A stretch of 64,000 bases of DNA from Squalus acanthias (lineage: Eukaryota). Below the pieces are notes generated by a model. The model saw only the letters and a list, made by a program, of their open reading frames with translations. It made no database searches and was not told where the DNA came from. Below, piece after piece: positions 13,123 to 26,461 of the stretch. The first letter of the stretch is position 1, and each line of letters opens with the position of its first letter. Location of the stretch: contig CM059437.1 of NCBI GenBank assembly GCA_030390025.1, forward strand, positions 15,438,001-15,502,000, read 5' to 3'. The translations under genes and the position numbers were made by a program.

Positions 13123-13414
13123 ACGGATGGCCAATACAACACTGCCTGTTTTGCGCCCCGGCCCATGTGCAATTTTACCCCCAAAGTGTCTGCACCAGTG
13201 GAGCAGAGGCTGGTTGGCTGCCTGTGGGGCAACTCAAATGGAATTAAAACATTTTTTTTTTAAACTGTGCAGGGCTCTGAAGTGCAATCGGTCACCCTTG
13301 CAAGGGCCCTTTTCTTATTTAAATTCCCGCTTGCTTGCCAAAGCGACACAGGAAGAAGCAGACGCGTCCAGTGTCCATTGCTGTTGTGTAATGACGGGAA
13401 ACACAAACCTTCAA

Positions 13415-14050
13415 TTATAACTCTGGGCGGGAATCGGAGGTGGGGGGGGGGGGGATTTTTGACTCCCGGGCCTCATTTGCTTGCCCTGAGACTGACTCCC
13501 GGCCCAAGTTGGCGGGAATGATATCACTGCGAGTGGGCAGGAGTCAAAGTTCATGGGGGAGGGCTCAGGCTGCTGCCAGGGCCCCGTGAAAACTATCCCC
13601 GGCAAGTAAGTAAGTAATGGGGGGTGGGAGCAGATCAAGAGAGTCCATGATCGGGGGAGGGGTAAGCCCGGCGCTAGGCAGGCTCAAGGTATCCTTGTGG
13701 GGCCAGGAGGCGCAAGAATGTTCCTCCTGGTCCACATTTTTTTTAATTCTAAAAATTAAACTTACCTGGCCCTCTTGTGGCCAGGATGCTGCCTGCTGCC
13801 AGCTTTTTCTAGTGGGTTTGGGACTATGTGACCTTTAGTCAGGCTTGCAGTTAAAATGGCATGCGAGGCCCGATGACATCATCGTAACATGACTTTGCCT
13901 TTTAGGGCCCCACTCCTCTGGGGCAGACGGCCTTTCTGTGCCTGATTTCAAGCGAATTAAAATAATGGGTGGAGGGAACACAATGTGAACCGCCATCTTA
14001 ATTCCCCGCCCGCACTGTTCCCGCTGTGCGGGGTGTTTAGAATTCCTCCT
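13415..14050. mobile_element. Degenerate GC-rich Harbinger-type MITE
   Basis: Internal blocks (cttgtggggccaggagg, aacttacctgg) shared with 14976-15640 and 26462-28854. Confidence 0.5.
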
Positions 14051-14434
14051 ACAATGAATGACATATTCCCATTATTATTACCCAGTTTGAATATGTCTGC
14101 CCATATTTGGCTGGACATGTTCAACAGCCACTGTCACTTTGCCAATGTATTTTTTTCCTTCATATGCTGCTTTGGCTTGTATTCTTTCACATTTCCCTCT
14201 CCTTTTCCCGTTACAAAACTGTGAGATCGAACCACTGTGAGTTACATATGAACATACCGACATACGAACAATGACAGACAGGTTAACACCCTCTGGTCCA
14301 TCGAGCCAGTCCCACAAAATTGCGATACCTTATATATCACAATATATATAGTCCACACCGCACGAAAGTTCTGTCAGGAGAGCCTTGGATATTGGTCCAG
14401 AGAACTGAGTCCTGTGGGTCTCTAGTCTCTTGGA

Positions 14435-14785
14435 CATATAAGAACATAAGAAGTAGGAGCAGGAGTAGGCCATATGGCCCCTCGGGCCTGCTCCGCCATT
14501 CAATAGGATCATGGCTGATCCGAACCTAGACTCACGTCCACTTCCCTGCCCGCTCCCCATAACCCTTAATTCCCTTACCAGCTAGGAAACTGTCTGTCTC
14601 CGTTTTAAATTTATTTAATGTCGCAGCTTCCACAGCTCTCAGGTAGCAAATTCCATAGATTTACTACCCTCTGAGCGAAGAAGTTTCTCCTCATCTCAGT
14701 TTTGAAACAGCAGCCCCTTATTCTAAGATTATGCCCCCTAGTTCTAGTCTCACCCATCAGTGGAAACATCCTCCCCGCCTCTACA
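14435..14785 (-). mobile_element. CR1 3' end fragment
   Basis: RMFPLMGETRTRGHNLRIRG...RNFFAQRVVNLWN; (TTCTTATG) tail. Confidence 0.88.
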
Positions 14786-14975
14786 GAATCTGAAGCATGA
14801 AGCTGAAGGTATATGTTGTATTTTGAGGGATAGAGTAATCTTTCATCCCCAGTAAGTATGATGGATGACCCAGTATTAAATGTTCCTCTACAGGAAGCTC
14901 TGTCACAGTGCCAACTTTCAGGGCGTTCTCCAGTCTCCTTTGTCAATAAATACCTTTCACTCCTATAGACTCTTC

Positions 14976-15640
14976 GGAGAGAATTTTAATGCCCCAGTAC
15001 AGGTGGGAGAGGGGTTGGGGGGGGTTAAATTCTTTAAAATGCAAAAACACGACCCCAGCCCACCGCGAATACGGTTTAACCGGGGCGGGTTTGGAGGTGA
15101 GCGAGTAACCTGCTCTCAAAAGGCGGGTCATTAATTATAATATTTAAATGAGGCGGGGTGCCTCAGATTTTAGCAGCCATGTGGATTTGAAGGCTCCGAC
15201 CCGGGTTTCCCAGGGCTCGAGAAACCCGGCAGCTAAAGGGAGGCGAGAACGGCCAGATCCAGCAGGTAAGTGCTTTCCCAGCACTGCTTGTGGGCCAGGA
15301 GGAGCAGGAGTGCTTCCCCCTCGGCCCCACAAGCTAACCTGCCGCGATATGACTCCTTCTCCGTGATCAACCGAACCTCCCCCCCAATGATCTGATGTCT
15401 CCTCCTCGATCCCTCCCTCCTCACTGGTCCCCGATCCCCGGCTGTGGCCCTCCAGCCAGGCAGCTGGCCCAGCCTCTCAATCTGGCCATCTGCCGGGCGG
15501 GAAACGGAGAAAATAATTTCAAATGAGGTCCTGCCATTAAATTCGGCAGGACCTCCACCTTTCCTGTATTTCCGGCTTTCCTGGCTGTTGACAGTCGTCC
15601 CCGCTCCGCCCCCACCCGCCCCGTAAATAATATCGGGGCC
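14976..15640. mobile_element. Harbinger-type MITE
   Basis: Right end taatatcggggcc; internally similar (inverted) to 26462-28854. Confidence 0.6.
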
Positions 15641-15997
15641 GAATTCTGAAAGGAATTTGTGAGGGTTTTTTTCAGTGTTTTTCTAGGGTGCCCATACCTT
15701 AGCTCTATGATCTACGTTCTTCTCCCAGTCAGCAGTGATTTGCTGGTCCTCCTGTGAGCAGGTTCAGCAGTTACAAAGCTGCAATCTGCCTCTTCCGATA
15801 AATATTGAGAAGTTACTGCTTATTATATTTGACTTTTTAAACCTCATTTCTTCTAATTGTCTTTTATTTGAGTACATTTTATTTATTATGTTGGTTGAAT
15901 CCATAAATATTTACAAAGGTTGGCAGTTTAAACCACAAGAAGTCATATTAGTCAGGAATGTATTCTCGCTTGGCTGAAGAACTTATTTGGGTATCGA

Positions 15998-16187
15998 TGT
16001 AAGAAAACTACTAGGCACTTGGTGAAAGCGTTAAACAAAGCTTTAATCAACTGTTTTTCAACATGGAGATCTAGTTGTGGCCTTCACTAGTTCCTGCTGA
16101 GGAATGTCCTAAGCAAGCTGGGCCCATGCCCGAGTATTTATACTCTCCCTGGACAGCGCCACCAGCAGGCCGCCCAGTATTACTTCA
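15998..16187 (-). mobile_element. Possible short solo LTR
   Basis: TG...CA ends; minus-strand TATAAATA followed by ATTAAA; no clear TSD. Confidence 0.4.
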
Positions 16188-17394
16188 TACATGAATGACA
16201 AGATTCATGTCAGGTATTTCTTTAGTTTTTGCCACTTAGTCAAAGCAGAATCATGCTTATTATCGAAGTTATTTTCAAGTCCTATTTTGGTCTTAAAAGT
16301 CTCCTGTGCCTTCGGTGAACACCTGATGGAGAGGGGTGACCTTCTGAAGATAGACAGCATTGTGACAATGTGCCATCTCGATGAGGAGAGCTAAAATAGG
16401 ATGGTTATTGATTTTCACATTGAAAGCAGGTGATACCTGGCACTGAATGTAAAGGAATATTGGCCGAGGAATTGCGGCCTGAAGTTGTTTTTTTCTTCAC
16501 CCTTCAGGACGTATTATTTTTGCACCACAAATTGCTGGAAATGCAAATTGATGACAGCGGGGCGAGGTCAAAGGGCCATCCTGGATCTCATGAACGTCAG
16601 GTCCAATGGTCTATCTCCTTAACCAATTAAATTTAAGGATAGAGAAAAAAAACAGAGGGAACAACGGAGTAGGAAATAGGGTGAATTAGAGTCAAATTAG
16701 AGAGAAATAAAGAGAAGGAAAGTAAGAATGGATTAAGAGAGAGAAAAAAGAGACAGAAAACATTTTTTAAATTTTAAATTTTAAAAACCTCTAGAAACAA
16801 TTTGCTACCTGCAGGAGTGAGACTCCATAGTTTCAATTGGTCCTTTTCTGGTCGAGTTTCATGTCAGAACCACAAATCACATCATTAACAGGGTCCTTAT
16901 GACATGAAATGCCAGCCCTAAATGTCTGTGGCGAGATTCATTCGTAGTTACGGCACAAATCCAGCAATTTCTTGACGCTCATGGGGAGGTCCCATTTTTG
17001 CAAGGCTAATGGTGGAGCAGCGCAACTCATGGCGTATCTCTTCCTCGCCACAAACTGCTGAGCTTTTTACGCACTAACAATGGCGGGTGGTGTGAACCCG
17101 CCTTTATTTTTCCAGCAATTTATGGGCCATTATACTCACAACCAAAATGGGCATCTTTGTAAATAAAAACTTTTAAAATTTCAATATCTGAAACAATGAA
17201 GTCACTTTGATTGTGACATCACTCGGACTTGTTCAGCAGGTTTAGACTTCTTTGCACCATTGGCCAATTCTAAGCTCCCTTGTGCTTCCTTGAGGTTTGC
17301 TCTCACATTCATTGTAACAACAATTCCTTTTGTGTAAAAACGTAAGAGATGGGGAAGCAAGGCCCAGATCAGCTCGAACAAGCAGAAAACTATT

Positions 17395-18155
17395 GGGCCA
17401 AAAATTCAGCTCTTGTCGAGTGAGTATGCACTGTGTACTCACCCGTAAGGCCTCCTGAAGTGCCGGTTTCCTGCATGCACTGCGCATGCGTGGGAAACCG
17501 GAACTTCCGGTCTCATGTAGGGAGGGGTTCAGAGGTGAACCGCGTGCGCGGTAGAGGCTGCGCGCACGCAGCAAACTTAGGGTTTTTTTCAGGTTTCTCC
17601 GGGAGGGTAAGCATTGAAGAAGCTGCGCTTTTAAAAAGGAGGCGCAAGACCCGTTTTCAACAAGGTAAGTGGTTAATTAATTACAATTTAAAAAAAATTT
17701 CAACAGGTTTATCTTTTTTAGATACTTTAAAGAAAGGTAAGTTTATTTTTAGCACTGTTAAAAAGTATTTTAATTTTTTCAAAAATTTAAATTTTTGTTT
17801 AAAGTAGTTAATTTATTTAACTTATAGTTATTTTAAAAATGTGATTTTTTTAAAAAATTTATTTGAAGTTTAGGTGTTGTTTTGGGGCCGATTTCAATTC
17901 ATAGATTTGACAGGTCCTGTCAAATCTATGAATGAAAGATGGTCTGCTGCCATTGGCTCTCCATGGCCCACGTGATCCCAGGGGACGCATCGCACTAACT
18001 GCGCCCCTGGGACACGCAAGCACTGCGCGCCGGCATTTGGGGGAGGCCCAGGAGCTGAAGTCCCCGTGGGCCCAGAGGTCAACGGCAGGCGCGGTAGGTA
18101 GGTGCGCGCGCGATCCTTGCACCAGCGGGAAGCCAGGGAGCCGAATTTCTGGGCC
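17395..18155 (+). mobile_element. MITE family B (GC-rich arms, AT-rich core), Harbinger-type
   Basis: TIRs gggccaaaaattc / gaatttctgggcc; full-length relatives at 44095-44857 and 45779-46530. Confidence 0.85.
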
Positions 18156-18892
18156 AATAATTATATTTTATTGAGCCAGGCAGCCTTGGTTTCCAGACCT
18201 TTCTGACGTTGGCTCTTCTTCAGAAAATAATATTTGTGACAAATAAATTCCGATGATTGCAGTTCATTTTGATTACTGTTACAAAATTGTACAGCGACTG
18301 TTTGAAATTAAATACTGCATTAATGTTTAAGACTAGAGATTAATTAGCATTCATGAATAGCCTATATAATGTCTCCAGAGAAAGTGTGAAATTGATTTAC
18401 GAGGAATTTTCATCCACCTTCACTTGTGAAACTTTGGGAGTCGAAGCAAACCGGATTTTCAGCCTTAACCTGGTTCACTGCACTTTGTGAAAAATGTCCA
18501 CATGAGTATTAGCAACAGCCAAAGCTGCTGTTTGATGGTAATCCAATGAGAAAGGTTACTGGTAGTTACTATGATGACAAAAAAAATGTCAGTAATAATC
18601 ATATCTATCAAAACAAGTCTCAAATATATGAAATTATATCAATTGCATTCAAGTCAAACTGCGAGTGAAAGCATACCTCACTCCCAAACATGGAATCCCA
18701 GTGTGTACAATATCACTTCCCAGTCTATGTGGTACAGAAGTTCAATATAATAGGTCACAGACAGTATAAGTAGCTGTCATGTTGGCTTTAATTATTCATC
18801 ATTTGATTATTTTTTTACTCCTTTTTATACCATTTTCCCCCTTCTTAAGGTGATCACTCCTTGCCAGAATACAGTTTTTCAGGCACTAGTTA

Positions 18893-19080
18893 GGGGAGAA
18901 ATTCGGTATCGCCCTGTTTGGGGCGCAATTATTGGCCGGGTGCAAATTTTAGCGCCTGGCGCTAATTATCGCCTCTGACTGCAAACTTGGTTTCTATCGC
19001 CCCTGGAGGTGATTGGAGCGCTAAATCAGGCGCTAGACACCTCTCTTAACGGGAGGCGCAAAGCAACCGAATTTTTCCCC
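18893..19080. mobile_element. Short MITE
   Basis: TIRs ggggagaaattcgg / ccgaatttttcccc. Confidence 0.7.
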
Positions 19081-19689
19081 CGACTGTCCTATAATACCGC
19101 GTTCAAATGTCCATCTTCAAAGTTTAACTTAGTCCGTGACTGTTGGAAGACTTATCAATTGTACAAGACAGCAGAGTTTAGCGTGATCCTGTCTTCACTT
19201 GATGTTTATGGACGATTGGTGGATAACCAACAGGAGTGATGATCCTTCCCAATCTTTTCCTTCCTTCACTTAAGGATACTGAGGTCAATTGTATTGCCAT
19301 CCTGACTGAGCTGAGTTAACCAAATAAAGAACAGGGATTGAAGATGGAACCTTCCTGATCTGTATGGCTCAGCTATTCACTGGCTTAGCCATCAGGAGAG
19401 CTTATTTCATTATTTTTTAGGGATTACTAAGTGTCTTTGTTGACCTAGCAAGTTGATATAAATTATGTTGTTGACTCTTTGTAGATATGTGAACAGATTG
19501 CTCTGAGCAGCTTCAGCACGTGTATACAAGTACTGGCTTCATCAGAATACTGATGGTACATCAAACAGCTGCCAGAATTCAGGAACTGGATGGTGAACTG
19601 TCTCTAGTGTGACCTCTGAGACTTGGGCTAGAATCTGCACAGACTCTGTGTACAAGCACGGCTAGTGTGAGAAATGAAATGGAAATGCA

Positions 19690-19785
19690 TAGCTATGAGG
19701 AAAGATTGGATAGGCTGGGGTTGTTTTTTTTTGGAACAGAGGAGGCTGAGGGGAGATTTGATTGAGGTGTATAAAATTATGAGGG
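19690..19785 (+). mobile_element. CR1 ORF2 C-terminal fragment
   Basis: [28 protein letters not shown]-like translation. Confidence 0.75.
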
Positions 19786-21462
19786 ATCCAGATCATTGAT
19801 GTAGATTGTTAATAGCTGAGGCCCAAGCACTGATCCTTGCGGTACCCCACTAGTTACAGCCTGCCAACCCGAAAATGACCCGTTTATTCCTTCTCTCTGT
19901 TTTCTGTCTGTTAACCAGTCCTCAATCCATGCTAGTACATTACCCCCAATCCCATGTGCCCTAATTTTGTTTAATAACCTCTTGTGTGGCACCTTATTGA
20001 ATGCCTTCTGAAAATCCAAATACACCACATCCACCACACCCCCTTATCTATTCTGCTAGTTACAACCTCAAAAAACTCTAACAGATTCGTCAAACATGAT
20101 TACCCTTTCATAAATCCGTGTTGACTCTGCCAATCCTATTATTATTTTTGCAGTGCCCTGTTACCACATCCTTAATAATAGATTCCAGCATTTTCCCTAC
20201 TACTGGTCTGTAGTTCCCTGTTTTCTCTCTCCCTCCTTTCTTAAATAGTGGGGTTACATTTGCTACCTTCCAATCTGCGGGAACCGTTCCAGAATCTATG
20301 GAATTTTGGAAGATGATAACCAATGCATCCACTATCTCTATAGCCACCTCTTTCAAAACCCTAGGATGTAGGCCATCAGGTCCGGGGGATTTATTGGCTT
20401 TCAGTCCCATTAATTTCTCCAGTACTATTTTTTTACTAATACTAATTTCTTTCAGTTCCTCATTCTCCTTAGACCCTTGGTTCTCCACTATTTCTGGGAG
20501 ATTTTTTACATCTTCTTCCGTGAAGACAGACACAAATGGTTGGATTTTGCCAGCCCTGAATACAAAGACTCATCAAACAACAGAGAATGTCAGTGTTTGA
20601 CAGCTACACAGAGCTGTCAAACGATGACAATTCATCTGTCAAAAATTTTTGACAGATGAAACATCATACGCTGTCGTTCTCTGTAACCGGCTTCTCCTTA
20701 ATTGGACTGCTAAGCCCGCTGGGCGGGCTTAACAAGGTCAATCAACGGAAAATAGCGTGGGTTGGCCACAAGTCGATGGAGGCAGGACTGAAACCCAACA
20801 AGCAATAGTCCCGCCACCAACGCGCCCCCATTGACAAAATCACCCCCAAAGTATTTGTTTAATTTCTCTGCCATTTCCTTATTCCCCATTATAATTTCTG
20901 CCGTCTCAGCCTGTAAGGGACCCACGTTTACTTTTGCTAATCTTTTCCTTTTTACATACCTATAGAAGCTTTTACAGTCTGTTTTTATGTCTCTTGCTAG
21001 TTTACTCTCATATTCTATTTTCCCTTTCTTTATCAATTTCTTGGTCCTCCTTTGCTGAATTCTAAAACTCTCCCAATCCTCAGGCTTACTGCTCTTTTTG
21101 GCAACATTATAAGTCTCTTCCTTTGATCTAATACTATCTTTAACTTCTTTTGTTAGCCACAGTTGGACCTCTTTTCCTGTGAGGTTTTTGTGCCTTAAAG
21201 GAATGTATATTTGTTGTAAATTATGTGTTAATTCTTTAAATGCTAGCCATTGCTTGTCTACCATCATACCTTTTAATGTAGTTTCCCAATCTACCTTAGC
21301 CAACTCGTCCCTCATACCTACATAGTTTGCCTTGTTTAGATTTAAGATCCTAGTTTCAGATTTCACTAAATCACTTTCGAACTTAATATAAAATTCTATC
21401 ATGTTATGGTCACTACTCCCTAAAGGCCCCTTTACTGCAAGGTTATTAATTAACCCTTTCTC
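19786..21462 (-). mobile_element. CR1 ORF2 internal fragment, split by a MITE
   Basis: ORFs 20710-21504 (LGSSDHNMIEF), 20108-20533 (KSPGPDGLHPRVLKE), 19777-20037 ([18 protein letters not shown]). Confidence 0.92.
20538..20847. mobile_element. MITE family C, internally deleted
   Basis: TIR-like ggttggattttg / caaaatcacccc; interrupts CR1; interior matches 53465-53725. Confidence 0.75.
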
Positions 21463-22485
21463 ATTGCTCATATTCAAGTAACATTGTGCTAAAGATTCCC
21501 ACAATGTAACATTGTAGAATGTCTACAATAACATCCTGTGCTTATAGATTTTTTAAAGAGAGCCTAACCTGTAGAATGCCAGCAGATCTACCAAATCTCC
21601 ACTTCTTTACCGGGCTGCTAACTGATCTAACCCCTTTTGTTTCCCTCCCTCAATTGTCACTGATGCTTGCCTGGATTCCAGGTGTCACAGTGGTTGCATC
21701 ACATGCAGTACTTGAGGAAATCATAAGGAAAATGATGAAGAAAATCCTTACAAAGGCAAACCATTATGTAAAACTAAATGTCATGGGGTCCCGATGTAAC
21801 GCACTTTCTCATGGGATCCATTTAGTCCATGTGGGTTCCTCCGGTTAATTGATAATGTTTGTAGCTGAGAAATGTCTAACTTGAAATACGATCAGAGAAC
21901 TGTGAAGTATGTCTTGACGGATCACTGCTCAGCCAGCAACAATTTGATGACTTTTTTCTTCCCTTTGATTCAATTTGGATTGGCTGATTATAATGGATAC
22001 ACTGCAACAAGGGGTTATAGTCTGTGAACTGGAAACAGTTCCAATACGTTTAGCAACATCTCACATCAATCCTCATCCTGCAAGTAGTTTTTCCTTCCAC
22101 AACAATGAATGGATCACAGATGGAAGGAGAGATTGACAGCAGATGGCTGATGAATGGTTAGGAGCTGAATATATTTGTATTAAACGAGGACAGAGGAAGA
22201 AGCAAGGCTGCCACTGAAATGGTGATTGATGAGAATGCATTGAAGGTGGTGGCACAGGAGATAGTTTACTGACAAGGTACTGGAGGGAATTCTCCAAGAA
22301 AATGCTGAAATGCCTGAAAAGTTAGGAACTGATTAAAGTTTGGCACTTAGTTAGCAATGATTTCAATTTATTTTCCTTTTAACACTATCATCTCTCATCA
22401 GTAGAATAAAAGGTGTCATTCATTGGGAAAAAAGAACTCTTACAGACTTCTTTAAGTGATCAGTAAGACACCAGCAGGCCCAGTG

Positions 22486-23822
22486 TGTTGACAATGGGTG
22501 GAGGGTTTGTGTGTGTATGGGAATGTAAGGGTGCATTTTGTTAGAAACTAGGGGTGCCTAAAAATGTATATGGCTACGTGAATAATACTGTGTTTAAATG
22601 ATTGTATGCTAGTGCTCGAGACAAGTAAGGGGTTAATGTATAAGTTGTGTTTTACTGGAACTGTGTAAGTTTTGGTTTCCTGAAGACTTGTATTAGACTT
22701 TGAGACAAAGTGTTTGAATTAGTTAGATTAGAGGATGCATAACATCCCACACAGAAGCGCATAGTATGGCCTTGCCAGTTAATAACAGGCTAGCTGTCTG
22801 TTGTTTGTAAGTTAGGATTTTTGACTCTGTTGTTGTCTTTAATTTGGCCAATGAAGGCCCAACCTTTGTTTCTTCCATTATTACTAATAACCGTATTATA
22901 ATGCTAAGGTAGAATTTGGAATTTGTTTAACAGAACTGCTTGCGAAGTTAATTAAAAGTTAATTATTATAAAGGACATAGAATAGAAGGAATTTATGGGA
23001 GTTAAGGTACCATCTCAGGATGGAATAGTCTCTTAGTTTAAGGGGAGATGGTTTGGATGGCAGCTGGTTGAGTAAGACAGCTCTGACTTGGGCCTCTGAT
23101 TTAATGGCCCAAAGCTGTGCCTGATACACGCACTGGTTGCACCGGGGGTGGGGGGGGGGGGTGGTCGGAGGGGGGCGCTAGACAGGATGAGATAAGAGAC
23201 TATTTATTGTTTTGGAAGGAAAGGGTCGGATGAGATAATGGAAGACAGTCCTCAACATGCTGTAAGGCCATGATTGGTCAAGTACAGAAAGCATGTGTAA
23301 TGGTTGTGAAGACCCCTTGAGGGAGCGTCTTCATCGGTAAGTTTAGACAAAGAACTCAACATGCCATTGGGCACCTTGTTTTAAGGGGACCTCTATAGGT
23401 TAAATGGTCTTGTCCATTATTCTACCTCAGGCCCACCCCTAAAAAGAGAATAAAAGGAAGAGCTAAAGAACTCGTAGCTCAGACCGTGGAGCAAGCGGCT
23501 CTCAAGAGTGGACCCATGTGGACCCTAGTCTAACACTCTTGGGTAGTTCAGAGAAAGAGAGAGAGAGACACGTGAGACAAGAAGGAGGACGAATAATAAG
23601 AGTTGTTCGCACACGCCAGCCGTCTGTCCGATCGGGTCCGGTACCAGCTACTTGTCACGGTCGTATGTTTTTGCTGTATTTCCAGTGTGTTATATTCCAT
23701 CCTAAACTCCGATTAAGCACAATATACCCACCATATTGGTTTGCACTCGATCCTGGTTACCAGAGATATGCGAATCTATACAATTTTCCACTTCTGCGCT
23801 CCTGGTGCATACAGGGACAGCA
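22486..23822 (+). mobile_element. Possible long solo LTR (ERV/Gypsy-like)
   Basis: TG..CA-bounded block with AATAAA at ~23449 and LTR-like composition; no TSD found. Confidence 0.4.
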
Positions 23823-23841
23823 TGTAGATGAGGAAGAGGAG

Positions 23842-24520
23842 GGGGCTAATTAAATCAAGATCTCCAATTCCTTCCTGGAGCGCAATCGGCAGCAGGCGGG
23901 GCGGAGACTTCAGCAGCGCTGCACACTGGGCCGTGCAGCGCCACTGCGTTCAAAGGCTCCTTCCCTCCCTTAAAGGGAAGGGCCATCGCTGCAGGCTCTG
24001 CAATAGAAAAATTACCTACCTGGACCACCAAGGCAGCCGCGATCCCGCGCGATCAGCCCGGCACTCAAGCAGAGCGCCGGGCTGATTGATCGTGGGCAGG
24101 AACCTGCGAAAAAAACTGCAACAAGAAAGGTAAGGTTTTTTTTACACACCTCGGCCACCTCGCCTTTAATCACCGCCCCCGAAGCGGCCAGCCGCCCGAT
24201 GCACGCCTCCTGCAGCTGTCGGTGTTTTAATTACAGTGCAACTATCATATCTTAAAGTATAAAGTGGCTAGGGAATGGGTGGCAGGGGACAGAAGTCAAT
24301 TTCGGGTCCATGGCACTACCAGGGCGATGCGCACGGCGATGACGTCACAATCTCTGGCCGAAGGAGATCGGGGCGCAACGCCCCAGCGCCGCCGCAAAAC
24401 TCCTGCCGAATATGGCGGGAGTCGATGTCAGCGCCGCGCCCGGTCGCAAAGCCATTTGTGCCCCATTAGCGCCTCCCGGAGGCACTAACTGGAGGCGCAA
24501 AGGCACCCAATTTCGCCCCC
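23842..24520. mobile_element. CpG-rich Harbinger-type MITE, partial
   Basis: Right end ccaatttcgcccc with multiple gcgcc subterminal motifs, as in 18893-19080. Confidence 0.55.
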
Positions 24521-25029
24521 ATTGTTTCTATGTCTATATCTGGGTATAGTGCACCACAACCAAAATGACAGGAAAGCCTATGTGGCCACCTGTTTCTTTG
24601 CACAAGAGAAAGCTATGAATCTGCCACTTAGTGGAACAGTGCATCTGTCACCTCCTCAGTGCAGATGGATGTGGTGCTTTGAGTGGAACCACTGCTGTAT
24701 TTCCTGGTGCCTGAAACAGCCTGTGGCAAAAGCAATTAATATTTTCTGTGCCTTTTAATAGCCACGAATTGGAGCGATTGGAGACTCTGAGGAACTTTCA
24801 AAATCTGAAATTAGTCTTTGGCATATTTGTGTGAATACCTTGTTATTTAGCTTAATTCTCGTTTACACACTGCTTCTCGGAGAATTCATCCTTGGCTTAA
24901 ACAGCCTTTCCTGTGGACAGGGCCTACTCCTAAATGTCACTCCTGGGCTTGCTTCTCCTATTTGTCTTCATTCTGGCAGAGATAATAAGTGGTTGCTGCT
25001 GCAACATTTTAGAAATCCCTGGAAACATA

Positions 25030-25561
25030 CCGCCAGACGCTATGTCCGACGGGTTCAGGGAGGCGTACGTGCGGCCGGGGCGGCGATATTTAAAGGGGAG
25101 GTGGCAGGCGGCCATTTTTGTTGCTGGCCGCCTGCCAGCACCTGCCCCCGTTGCTGTCCCCGGCCCCCGTGAAGCCCCCCCACCGTGAAGTGCCGGCTGC
25201 GCTCCAAGAGCCCGGCACTTCTCTTGAGTGCCGGGCTCTTTTGCCGGCACTCCCGATCCCTGGGGGCCCAGCTGGGCCCCGGTTCGCGCTGCGCAGGGTC
25301 CCTCCCCTTTAAGAAGGGGAGGAAGGCCTGCAATACCGCGGCGCGACGTGCCGCAGCGCGTGGCGCTGCGGCACGTAGCGCCAGGATATTCCCTCACAGC
25401 GCCCCAAGAGGGATGCGGGGTGCTTCCAGTGGCGCCCCGCTTCCCTCTTGGGGCGCAACCACTGAAGTTCCGGCGCGGGGCCGCTAATTTTTTCGGGGCG
25501 CTAAAAGTCGCGCCCCGGCGAGGTTAGCGCCCCAAATGGGGCGCGACTCAATTTTTACCCC
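25030..25561. mobile_element. CpG-rich Harbinger-type MITE, partial
   Basis: Right end caatttttacccc; interior related (inverted) to 23900-24100. Confidence 0.55.
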
Positions 25562-25872
25562 TAGATTTGGTCTGGCAGCAATAATGAACTCAAGCAGCAA
25601 GTTTTATTTGGAACTTACATCTAAATGTCAAGCTAGAAAACTAGCCAAAGCTGACGCAGCCCTGATAACTCAAGAAGAGCCCTGATTATAGGGCTATAAT
25701 ATGTGAATATAAGTAGTTATGTGGATTATGTATCATAAACTGTAGGTATGCCCAACATTCCTTCATTTGTATTGGATGATGTTACATTGCTAAGGGGTTG
25801 TCATGTATCAGGATTTTTTGATCATTTTTCCACAGAAAGCAATTGAAAGCAAGAGTTACTTTAAACTTAGGT

Positions 25873-26315
25873 TCATAGAATCATAGAATGGTAACAACAC
25901 AGAAGGAGGCCATTCGGCCCGTCGAGCCCGTGCCGGCTCTCTGCAAGAGCACTTCAGCTAGTCCCACTCCCCCGCCCTTTCTCTGTAGCCCTGCAAATTT
26001 TTTCCTTCGGGTACTTATCCAATTCCCTTTTGAAAGCCACGATTGAATCTGCCTCCACCACCCTCTCAGGCAGTGCATTCCAGATCCTAACCACTCGCTG
26101 CGTAAGAAAGTTTTTCCTCATGTCGCCTTTGGTTCTTCTGCCAATCACCTTAAATCTGTGTCCTCTGGTTCTCGACCCTTCCGCCAATGGGAACAGTTTC
26201 TCTCTCTCTACTCTGTCTAGACCCCTCCGATTTTGAACACGTCTATCAAATCTCCTCTCAACCTTCTCTGCTCTAAGGAGAACAACTCCAGCTTCTCCAG
26301 CCTATCCAGTCTAGC
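25873..26315 (-). mobile_element. CR1 3' end fragment
   Basis: AEGSRTRGHRFKVIG...QRVVRIWNALPE; (ATTCTATG)n tail; same subfamily as 58464-59016. Confidence 0.9.
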
Positions 26316-26461
26316 ATTGTGTATTCGCATAAGCTTTTTTCAAAAAAGACTTCAAAACGAAAATGGGTTAATATGCTAAATGAAAGTTCTTTTCCATGGA
26401 GACTGAACAATAAGCAATGCATTAGCTTGTCTAAGTAATCAGAAAATGCATCAGACCTATT

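Noticed and set aside
19690-19800. CR1 5'-inversion (twin priming) at the opposite-strand junction
   Set aside because: Neither piece has a 3' tail or TSD; more simply a deletion joining two copies
23840-25561. CpG island or host gene promoter
   Set aside because: CpG richness is confined to MITE sequence ending in TIR-like termini
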